Source: a virus (taxonomy: Duplodnaviria; Caudoviricetes). Taken from it: a DNA stretch of 64,000 nt. The stretch is taken from positions 1-64,000 of the IMG/VR virus record IMGVR_UViG_3300021387_001565. One strand, written 5' to 3'. The notes under the pieces are model-generated. The model had not been told where the DNA came from, ran no database searches, and was given only the letters and a program-made list of their open reading frames with translations. Made by a program: the position numbers and the translations under genes. Positions 55,776 through 64,000 of this stretch are shown piece after piece; position 1 is the first letter of the stretch; each line of letters starts with the position of its first letter.

Positions 55776-57446
55776 TCAGTCCAAGTCTAATATGTATTGT
55801 TTCAGTAGTGCCGCTGTAGTGTCAGTCATCTTATCGTCAATCACGTAATCTGACATTGCCCCCTTAGCGTTTACAAGACTTAATACAAACTCGTCCACAG
55901 TATCCGTGCACACGAGGTTATAGATGGTTACAGGTCGGTTTGTTCCGATACGATAAATCCTGTCTTGATTTTGTACAAATTCTGCATTAGTCCAAGCAGT
56001 GTCAAGGAATATCATGGAACTTGCGGCAGTAAGGGTAATTCCTGTACCACACTTTGACCACGTTCCAACAAATATCCTCGTGCTATCGTCAGTCTGCAAT
56101 TTGCAGATAGCCTCGTCTATTTGGTCGCTACTTTCATTACCTGTGGCTACAACCACACCGTATTCCTGTAACTGCTTTGCCACTTCGTAGACAGGCTCTT
56201 TGAATGTAGAGAATATTACTAATTTCTCCCCGCCCTCAACAATCTGTCTAGCCATATCGACACACCGCTCTATCTTGCTTGACACTATAGGCTCTGTAGT
56301 GAGTATGCTCGGGAAAACTGTTGCCTGTCGCAAGCGTATCAACATAGCCACAACGGAAGCAGTGTTCAACTTAACCTTATCCACTTCCTGCTTAATACCA
56401 TCTTTCACATTATCATAAAACTGACGATGTGCTGTATCCATGTCAACATACTCAGTCAGCACAGTCTTGGGGGGAAGGTCAACCACATCCTTTGTACGTC
56501 GTAACGAACACCGAGATAATTGATATTTAAGCATATCAAGGTTATGATATCCCGCAGGAGCACCATTTATATACGCTGTATAGACATAGCGATAGTTAGA
56601 AAGTGTTCCACGCTCTGCCCCGATAAAAGACAAAGGAGTATAACAGTCTATAGGGTTATTTAATAATAAAGTACCTGTAAGACCGAGCCTGTACTTAAAC
56701 CCCGTCAAAGCTAATAAGTTCTTGCCCTGTATAGATTGAGACGATTTGCAGTGATGTATTTCATCAACTGCAATCATGTCTATTTTGTTTACTGCTTTAG
56801 GATTGTTAAGTTCCTTAATTATCGCCTTATCCCGTAGGGTCTCAATATTGGTGATAATAAAAAACTCGGGTATTTCCTGCTGTAACTGCTCAAGCCTCTG
56901 TTTGACTGAGCCTATCTTATGCTTCCCCTTTTTAGTGATTGTCTCACCAAGAATACGGCAGGTCAAGTCTGAATGCTTCTCAATCTCACGCTTCCAATTC
57001 GTTTTAGCAGAATTAACACCACACACAACAAGACAATGTTCAAGCCCTTTATACTCTTTAAGATTATATGCAAGTGCAATGGTCTCAATAGTTTTGCCTA
57101 AGCCCATTCCGTCAAGCAATAACCAACTGTCCATATTTAAGCCATACTCCACTGCATCTTTTTGATATTCGAGCAAGTCAGTCTTCATCGGCTTAATATC
57201 ATATTGTTGACAGGGGGTATCAACATCGGGTAATAATTTTACTGAAATGTCATCGTACTCAGTAAGACTGTCTAAAAGATTGGATAAATAGACGATAGGG
57301 ACTTCCCATATCTTAGTACGTTTGTCATAATTAGACCCCATTAAGATTTTTACTGCGTTAATGATATCGGGGTTATAATTAAACGATACAAACAGAGATG
57401 TAATCCCCGCACATTTTTTAGTCTGCTCTTCTGTAATATAAATCAT
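55776..57446 (-). CDS. SNF2-family helicase
   Basis: MGLGKT, DEIH, LTGT, TGITL, QNQDRIYRIG. Confidence 0.92.
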   Translation of the reverse strand: MIYITEEQTKKCAGITSLFVSFNYNPDIINAVKILMGSNYDKRTKIWEVPIVYLSNLLDSLTEYDDISVKLLPDVDTPCQQYDIKPMKTDLLEYQKDAVEYGLNMDSWLLLDGMGLGKTIETIALAYNLKEYKGLEHCLVVCGVNSAKTNWKREIEKHSDLTCRILGETITKKGKHKIGSVKQRLEQLQQEIPEFFIITNIETLRDKAIIKELNNPKAVNKIDMIAVDEIHHCKSSQSIQGKNLLALTGFKYRLGLTGTLLLNNPIDCYTPLSFIGAERGTLSNYRYVYTAYINGAPAGYHNLDMLKYQLSRCSLRRTKDVVDLPPKTVLTEYVDMDTAHRQFYDNVKDGIKQEVDKVKLNTASVVAMLIRLRQATVFPSILTTEPIVSSKIERCVDMARQIVEGGEKLVIFSTFKEPVYEVAKQLQEYGVVVATGNESSDQIDEAICKLQTDDSTRIFVGTWSKCGTGITLTAASSMIFLDTAWTNAEFVQNQDRIYRIGTNRPVTIYNLVCTDTVDEFVLSLVNAKGAMSDYVIDDKMTDTTAALLKQYILDLD

Positions 57447-57739
57447 CAGTCAGTTTTCCTCTTCAAAACAAATTCATCTGTCGTGTCCTTAGTTGCTTTG
57501 TAACTTAAAGTTAAGTTTATATTAAATGTGTTGCCACAGTTATTGCAGGTAAACTTTTCTGTTAAATCTTGTTCTGCCCCAACATAATACTGTATTTTGC
57601 CCTCGGTATCACGCACAATGCGTGGGATTTCTTGACAGCCGAACACGGCTCGGGGAATAAAAATCTCTTGGGGTAAATATTCGTAGCCGCAGTACGGGCA
57701 AGAAATTGAACAAAATTTTTCTACAATCCTCATAAGCAA
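57446..57739 (-). CDS. Zn-ribbon protein
   Basis: CPYC...CNNC. Confidence 0.7.
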   Translation of the reverse strand: MLMRIVEKFCSISCPYCGYEYLPQEIFIPRAVFGCQEIPRIVRDTEGKIQYYVGAEQDLTEKFTCNNCGNTFNINLTLSYKATKDTTDEFVLKRKTD

Positions 57740-57911
57740 CTCCTAACTGTCAGTCATATCGTTACAGTAAATCATACAATTTCGGTTTAGAAAAATTCGG
57801 CTAATATAGGCGAAGCCTATATTTATATATTTATATATTATATATATAATAATATAGGCAGATACAAAATATATCTGCCTATAAATCTAAAGTTTAATAA
57901 TATAGAGAGTC

Positions 57912-59954
57912 TTATGTCTCTGCATATCCTATCTGTATCCTTACATCTATGGCTACAGGGAAGGTCGCAGTCGATTTACTCGACGATTTAAGGTAGAGAG
58001 CCAAATAGTTATTAGTCTCATCTGTCTCAAATGGAATTGTAGGGTCATTTTTATTTGTCAAAAGTTCCCAATCAAATGACGTTAAAGCATAATCGGGTGT
58101 TGCCGCTTTTGTCTCCATAGTGGTCGATGTTCCAATGCTCCCGATGAAACCAATCTTTTCAGATTCGCTAATACCAACGTTAGACAACAAACGATAATAT
58201 AGAGGCTTGTTTTGCATAGCGTCTATATGACACACAGCCCATTTGTCTACAATGCTCGTGGTTGAATTGTTTGCTGTTATTCCACTATTGGGTATTGCCT
58301 TACTTACTCCAGACAACGTTCCAGTAAAGGTCGCGTCAAGAGCGACTATCATTTCCGCAGGACGTAATTCCGAAGTTACTTGTAACGAAGTAGTTACAGT
58401 ATCTTCACCATAAGTATAACTAATTCCAATAGTGTATGTTCCTGCCGTGGAAATATTGACGTTAGATGTATCAAATACACAAACTGCTGATACATCGGCT
58501 GTCGTAGTATCAGAGTACAATGCTGTGACGCTAATATCGGCTGTGGACAAAGCCTCGTCAGTATAGTATGCGGTCTTTGTCTTGGTGGCAGATATTGAAA
58601 TAACTGTCTTCGTCTTTGCTTGTATAGTTTCGGGAGTTGTATCAACGAGGTATTCACACAAGCCGATAAATTTACCACTCACAAAATTCCTGTTTCTTAC
58701 TCTAATACAGTTGGGATAAACATCAACAACAGCACCCTCGGATTCTGCATAGATATAATCAGATGTAGAGCCGTCTATAATGTCTCGTGGAACAGTTAGC
58801 GAAGATATATGAACCATGCGCACACCGTTTTTGTACTCAATCAAATTCAAATCATCCCACATTTTTTGATACTCATATTTGATGTGGCTGTGACCGCTGA
58901 ACCAAATCACGTTTTTATAATGTGCCAAAAGGTTCAAGAAGTCCGTTCTATCGCTTTTGGGATAGTTAGTCTGATACGGATTGCCCCATATATCATAACT
59001 ATATGCGCCATTTCCGAGTGCAAAGCCGCTGTATTTAATACCTTCAGTTTCCCAATGAGCGGGAACGTGCGCAAACAAAAACACCCTCTGATTGCGGTAT
59101 GTTTCAAAAATATCTTCTAACCATGCTAATTCGGTAGCCGTGAACATTGTTCGTCCAGCACCTTGATAAGTGTCCTCAAATATTGATAAGAAGACAAAAA
59201 CATCGTTGTTGATAACTTTGTAAAAATATGCTTCGGTTTCATTCGTCCAATCGGTATCAAGATATTCACGAATAGCAGTTTTATTTGCGTACATAACAGC
59301 GTCTGCATTATATGCTTCGTGATTGCCTACGCATGAATAAACAGGAGTGTCAGAAGCCCATTGGTCGCGGTCTGACTTCCACTCTTCCAGATGTGCAATA
59401 GTTCCGCTTTTTGTCAAATCCCCTGCAATACAGATTGCGTCTACACCTTCGCGCTCATTCAAGTAGGTCATTGATACGTGGACATCATCATGCCCTGTCT
59501 GATACTGGACGTGAACATCAGACAATGCGCCGAACGAGTAAAGATGCTCTCCATAATTTCCTGCCGCCCATAACTTGCTAGAAGGAATCTGATAATCACA
59601 AACTATTACATTATCTTTAACAGCGCAAATTCGTGTAGCATATTTGGGTATGGCATTATACTCTGTGAGTTTTATTAAGTCCATCGACCGTTGATGATTA
59701 AAGTCGAGTGATACTGTCCCAATTTTGGAATAATTGGACATTACCCCGTTTTCATCACCCCACATAATGTCGTAATTTCCGTCACGAAGCGAAGTGGTGC
59801 TCTCGAGATAAATCGCACCTTCTGCTACAGCAGGAGTATCTGAGTTAAATGTGGCGGACAAAGAAATTGACGGGGGGGGTAAGGTCTCCCCCACCGCTAT
59901 ATTTGAAACCTTTATCAACTGTCCTGTATTAGGGTCATATCTGTTTACACTCAT
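57912..59954 (-). CDS. calcineurin-like metallophosphoesterase with Ig-like (Big) domain, probably virion-associated
   Basis: DVH, GDL, GNHE, GHSH; KTAYY..L.VTALYSD...GTYTI. Confidence 0.8.
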   Translation of the reverse strand: MSVNRYDPNTGQLIKVSNIAVGETLPPPSISLSATFNSDTPAVAEGAIYLESTTSLRDGNYDIMWGDENGVMSNYSKIGTVSLDFNHQRSMDLIKLTEYNAIPKYATRICAVKDNVIVCDYQIPSSKLWAAGNYGEHLYSFGALSDVHVQYQTGHDDVHVSMTYLNEREGVDAICIAGDLTKSGTIAHLEEWKSDRDQWASDTPVYSCVGNHEAYNADAVMYANKTAIREYLDTDWTNETEAYFYKVINNDVFVFLSIFEDTYQGAGRTMFTATELAWLEDIFETYRNQRVFLFAHVPAHWETEGIKYSGFALGNGAYSYDIWGNPYQTNYPKSDRTDFLNLLAHYKNVIWFSGHSHIKYEYQKMWDDLNLIEYKNGVRMVHISSLTVPRDIIDGSTSDYIYAESEGAVVDVYPNCIRVRNRNFVSGKFIGLCEYLVDTTPETIQAKTKTVISISATKTKTAYYTDEALSTADISVTALYSDTTTADVSAVCVFDTSNVNISTAGTYTIGISYTYGEDTVTTSLQVTSELRPAEMIVALDATFTGTLSGVSKAIPNSGITANNSTTSIVDKWAVCHIDAMQNKPLYYRLLSNVGISESEKIGFIGSIGTSTTMETKAATPDYALTSFDWELLTNKNDPTIPFETDETNNYLALYLKSSSKSTATFPVAIDVRIQIGYAET

Positions 59955-59978
59955 TGATATGTTTCTCCTTTGTGATTT

Positions 59979-60154
59979 TTTAGATAGCCATCATCTTTGA
60001 TTTAAAGTCTGCGAAGTCAGTTGAGGTTGACAGCACAGATATCATATCAGCATATGATATGTACAGCGGCTTCCATTCCCAACTTGTTCCGTTATTTATA
60101 CATCCATAAATCATTCCTGTTGCTATTGCTATCGCTCTGATAACGCAATCACCG
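59979..60154 (-). pseudogene. chimeric gene remnant without a clear start
   Basis: GDCVIRAIAIATG (peptidase-like) fused to ...STDFADFKSKMMAI*. Confidence 0.45.
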
Positions 60155-60234
60155 AATCAACAGGGAGTTTATGTTTCGCTTTCAGTAAAAGGCTCATTTA
60201 CACGAATATCAAGCAAGGATTTCTTGTCGGTCGG

Positions 60235-61602
60235 TTAAATTTCTTTCATTTTCGCGGTTATCTGGTCTACATAGCCGAGCGCATATCCGTCATTGTTCGG
60301 ATGCAAACTGCCGCCATTGCCAAAGTCTGTACCGAAAAACCGCTGACCAATAGCCACTGTGTATGCACAAAGCGGATATTTTCTTATATCAATATAAGGA
60401 ATGTTCCATTTCTCCAATGCAGTAATCATAGTAGAGAAAAAAGTTTCTTGAATGGCATACGGAACACAGTTTGCGTTTGTGCATTTGTGGCAAAGCACAA
60501 AGAGCTTTTTTGCGGTCGGGTAGTTCTCCACAAGGTCTTTACAGATAGTTTCAAGCGCGCCCATTGCCGTGGTTGTGTCAAGCGTACTGCTAAAATCGGC
60601 AGTCAGCGAACCCAATGTCACGCCGTTTAAAGCATCGTTAATGCCACCTTCCACAAGGATATAGTCATATCCCTTTGTAAGTCCTGCAACTTGGTCTTTA
60701 ATGCTGATAACAGGACTCGAATCTGCCATTCTTGCCGTTCCCCAAGCAAATTTGTCAAATGTCATATTCTCATTCTCTGCAATGGTATAACAGAAAGAAT
60801 CTCCACTATGTCCATAAGCAATACTATCACCACAAAGTGCCATCCTTTTCCCAAACAATATGCTTAAGGGATTTCTACTTTTAACATGTGCGGTAAAATC
60901 TGCACCGTTCATTGTCATAAGTATGCCTGTCTTATCTGCGATTGTACCCGTTACAGTAGTCCTCATTGCTGTTGGTCTAGGAGTGATACTTGTATCACTG
61001 TTCGCATTGTTGCGAAGTGCGAAATAAGGGCGAAGAACAAGGTTTGTGCAAACCGCACCACTCTGTACTTGAATATCGGGAGCGGTTGCGGTAACGCTAA
61101 TCATTTGCAAAGAGGCATAACTGCCTTGTGTTAGTGATAACTGCTTTTCCGTGTCACCACTCTTATAAGTGCCTTGTGTTCTTAACTTAACATTAGCGGT
61201 TGTAATGTCACCACTCACAATTTCAATGGTTCCAATTATCGAACTCCCCGCCCAATTCGTCGGGATTTTAAGGTCGACTGAAATATAGAACGTGGTACTC
61301 GCCGTTCCATTAAGATAAACAAGACCATCTTTCACTTTGTAGGTGATTCCGTTTTTCGTTGTTTCGGTAATGTCAGAGAAGTATGCAACATTCTCATTAT
61401 CAAAGAGATATACAGGCTCCGTTGAGTTGACGTTGGATACCACTATATCAGGATTAACCTTTAAATAGCGTGTGGTAACATCGCGTTCATACTGAAAAAT
61501 TTCGGACATTACCTTCTGACTTGAATGCAATTTGGTGCTTGAGTGGGAACTGTCATCTATTACAGAGGATGCCGCAGGAAAAATAAAATCACTCATAATC
61601 AT
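60235..61602 (-). CDS. SGNH/GDSL esterase-domain protein (putative tail-associated)
   Basis: GDSI, G, GGIND, LHPN. Confidence 0.85.
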   Translation of the reverse strand: MIMSDFIFPAASSVIDDSSHSSTKLHSSQKVMSEIFQYERDVTTRYLKVNPDIVVSNVNSTEPVYLFDNENVAYFSDITETTKNGITYKVKDGLVYLNGTASTTFYISVDLKIPTNWAGSSIIGTIEIVSGDITTANVKLRTQGTYKSGDTEKQLSLTQGSYASLQMISVTATAPDIQVQSGAVCTNLVLRPYFALRNNANSDTSITPRPTAMRTTVTGTIADKTGILMTMNGADFTAHVKSRNPLSILFGKRMALCGDSIAYGHSGDSFCYTIAENENMTFDKFAWGTARMADSSPVISIKDQVAGLTKGYDYILVEGGINDALNGVTLGSLTADFSSTLDTTTAMGALETICKDLVENYPTAKKLFVLCHKCTNANCVPYAIQETFFSTMITALEKWNIPYIDIRKYPLCAYTVAIGQRFFGTDFGNGGSLHPNNDGYALGYVDQITAKMKEI

Positions 61603-61615
61603 TACTCTCCCTTCA

Positions 61616-64000
61616 TCATAAAGTTCTCAAAAATTCTTCAATGAATGTCGCTTCAAACGCGTGGCACTCGGCGTTCGGATGCCCATTCGTTGATGATACA
61701 CGCCAATTTGAAGTTCTCTGATTCCTAATCGAACTATCAATATTCGCATTGGTGGAACGTATCATACAAGGAGTCCTTGAGTCTCCGTTCATGTCGATAT
61801 ACGGAATACCATACTTTTGTGCTATGGCTATAGTAGCAATCCTGTAATCATCCGAATCACAGCCATTTGATACGATAATACCAATATGAAGCTGAGGTCT
61901 GTTAGTTATTAACCATGAAAGAATAGTATTCCATGCACCATAGAACGATGATGTTACGCTATCAGAAATCGTACCAATAGGAATCGACTGATGAGAGTCG
62001 TTGATACCGAAATAAATGGTCAAATAATCTGCATCTGCCGCGATAGTCTGATAGTAATTTATAAACGAGTTAGTAGATGATGTTCCACCTTCGGCTAATG
62101 CAAGTGTTCTCCCACCCTTTGACAAATCTTGAATTACGACGTTACATCTATTACCTATCAAATAAGGATAGACTGCAAGTTGTCCTACATATTTGCCACT
62201 GGGAATGGTAGGTTCTGTAACACCTGTAAAATCTCCTGCTGTGAAGCTGTCACCTGCGACTGCCCACTTCTTACCCGAAAGAATATCGGTAGTTATACCC
62301 AACCGTGTCTTTGCCATCTCTACGTTGTTATCGGATAAGTAAAGGTCTTCAATAACAACCTTTTCTTCGCCAAAGCCTTCATAACGTCCAGCAACAAGGG
62401 TTTCAAAGTTAGTGGCATTTGTTTCCCCAAACACAAGGCGAATATATGCGTATGTATTGTTCGTTGCTGTTACATACGGATATCCGTCGTCGTCAAGAGT
62501 ATATGTTCCAGAGCCGCCGCGATAATATCCCGCAGCGTTGTAATAATATGCTCTGAAATATGAGGGCATATTATCTATACGGAACTTAATTTTTTCTCCA
62601 GGTGTATAACTCCAACAATTTGTTGCATAGTATCCGTTTTTCGTGGTTCCATCATCCCATGTGGATACGTCTACAGTCGCATCGGGCTTAAAATTGTATC
62701 TGCTTGCTGTAAAATCCACAAGGTTTTCGCCGCCGCCGCTAATCGTAGCAATGTTGGCATCCAACTTCTCGTCAACTAATTCGGCAGTTTTTTCACTCGA
62801 ATATACCTTATTGTTTGCGGCTTCTACATCATCAATCTCACCGACATTCTTAGCGCTCGTACCGTTTATATAAAATATATCAGACGCTGACGTTATTCTT
62901 GCCGTCAGACTCGATTTTGTCTGAACAACCTTAAGAACGTCATCAGCAGTAACCAACGTGCCGAAATCATTAACAACAAATTGATTGTCAATTATACGCC
63001 CACTTCCGTTTGCAAAAGTAAGCAAAATATTAGGAGTGAAATAATTACTTGATGAGTCAAACGGATTAAGTTCTCCTATTGCACTACACTCAATATAGTT
63101 GTTTATGAATGTTGCATTTTGGTCAACGCGAATCAAACCATACCCACTCGTATCGGCTAAAGTACGTACATCGGGGCTGGTTGATTGTGTATGGTCGTAA
63201 GACTTTAAAGTGTTACATCTACCTGTTAAAGCAAGGAGTGTCGCTCTCGTTACCTCTGTGGCTGTTCCATCCATACCAACCAAAACCAAAGCATCGGTAC
63301 AGTAATCGCCGTCCACATCTACAAGTGCGATACGATTACCCTTCGTCAATTTAACCGCATTAACGCATGAGTCAACTCGCACACTGTGGGCTGTGGTGAT
63401 TGAACCCCCAATGACAAGCAATGTATGCACTGATACACCGTAACAACCAATTATTTTGGTGTCATTCTTTACAGACACACCGAAATGACACTTACGAGCG
63501 TAAACATTCTCGATATAAATATTCGCGGAGTCAGTAGAAACACCTGTATAAAAAGCGTACACAACAACATTCTTAATCCAACCCTGTGCGGTCTTTTTAA
63601 TGGCGGTGCATTTTACCTGTGCGTTGTTCACAACTGCAATAGTCTCACTGACAACCTCGTTAGGAGCAGTTATTGTTTTGGTACGGTCTATATCAAAATT
63701 ATAAGTATGCTCGTTGCCATAAATTGTGAGGTCTTCTATACTACCTGTAGAAAGACTGATTGCAACCTGTTCGTTAGTGAGGAATGGAAAGTACAGTGCC
63801 GTTCCTGCGGTGGACTGACCATACCCCTTATACTGTGCATCAGATGTTCCATTTGGCGAACCTGTACCTCTAATAGAATAGTTAGACGCACTAGGTGAAA
63901 GACTAATAGTGTCTTTAAAGAAGAATTTGCCCGCAGGGAATTGTAAATATGCCCCGTGGTCAACATCGGTAATACGAGAAATAATATCACTGTTAATCTC
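61616..64000 (-). CDS. tail spike-like protein: beta-helix plus C-terminal SGNH esterase; 5' end outside the window
   Basis: frame open to 64000 (…LQFPAGKF…SIRGTG…); GDSF, FGIND, GHPN. Confidence 0.8.
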   Translation of the reverse strand, partial: EINSDIISRITDVDHGAYLQFPAGKFFFKDTISLSPSASNYSIRGTGSPNGTSDAQYKGYGQSTAGTALYFPFLTNEQVAISLSTGSIEDLTIYGNEHTYNFDIDRTKTITAPNEVVSETIAVVNNAQVKCTAIKKTAQGWIKNVVVYAFYTGVSTDSANIYIENVYARKCHFGVSVKNDTKIIGCYGVSVHTLLVIGGSITTAHSVRVDSCVNAVKLTKGNRIALVDVDGDYCTDALVLVGMDGTATEVTRATLLALTGRCNTLKSYDHTQSTSPDVRTLADTSGYGLIRVDQNATFINNYIECSAIGELNPFDSSSNYFTPNILLTFANGSGRIIDNQFVVNDFGTLVTADDVLKVVQTKSSLTARITSASDIFYINGTSAKNVGEIDDVEAANNKVYSSEKTAELVDEKLDANIATISGGGENLVDFTASRYNFKPDATVDVSTWDDGTTKNGYYATNCWSYTPGEKIKFRIDNMPSYFRAYYYNAAGYYRGGSGTYTLDDDGYPYVTATNNTYAYIRLVFGETNATNFETLVAGRYEGFGEEKVVIEDLYLSDNNVEMAKTRLGITTDILSGKKWAVAGDSFTAGDFTGVTEPTIPSGKYVGQLAVYPYLIGNRCNVVIQDLSKGGRTLALAEGGTSSTNSFINYYQTIAADADYLTIYFGINDSHQSIPIGTISDSVTSSFYGAWNTILSWLITNRPQLHIGIIVSNGCDSDDYRIATIAIAQKYGIPYIDMNGDSRTPCMIRSTNANIDSSIRNQRTSNWRVSSTNGHPNAECHAFEATFIEEFLRTL

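Noticed and set aside
179-63898. Plus-strand ORFs in the track
   Set aside because: They are antisense shadows of minus-strand genes with no RBS or recognisable motifs.
1-64000. Genome-wide stop-codon reassignment as the explanation for the internal TAG/TGA
   Set aside because: TAG and TGA end many genes cleanly (ATGA/TGATG overlaps), no suppressor tRNA is seen, and the polA break needs a frame change.

Overview
A 64 kb segment of a large tailed dsDNA phage. The host is probably a Firmicute/Clostridia, inferred from sigmaA-type promoters with extended TG, GAGG/GGGGG Shine-Dalgarno sites, RecU and Firmicute-type tnpB. Essentially all real genes are on the minus strand. From the right end the order is: virion-associated carbohydrate enzymes (beta-helix+SGNH, SGNH, metallophosphoesterase+Ig; 58-64 kb); a replication/recombination module (SNF2 helicase, ClpP, tRNA-Gln, sigma-like protein, DnaC, DnaB, DnaG, SSB, family A DNA polymerase, RecU, beta clamp, RecA, resolvase, DnaX/HolB/HolA, SbcDC; 26-57 kb); and a long accessory region of small ORFs driven by about 16 copies of one promoter motif, with IS200/IS605 (tnpB) remnants, an adenine MTase, two radical SAM genes and tRNA-Leu. 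Two observations stand out. (1) The DNA polymerase gene is interrupted four ways: an intein, a split at a degenerate intein-like tail, a group I intron in motif B, and a TCG-TAG-T-TCG element in a UUCG hairpin in the middle of catalytic motif A that looks like a programmed ribosomal hop. (2) A dispersed set of proteins shares an M-K/R-F-K/R-L-x-E leader (candidate capsid-targeting signal), and three of them resemble phage SAM lyases, suggesting virion-delivered anti-restriction proteins. All assignments come from motif recognition by eye; no database searches were run.
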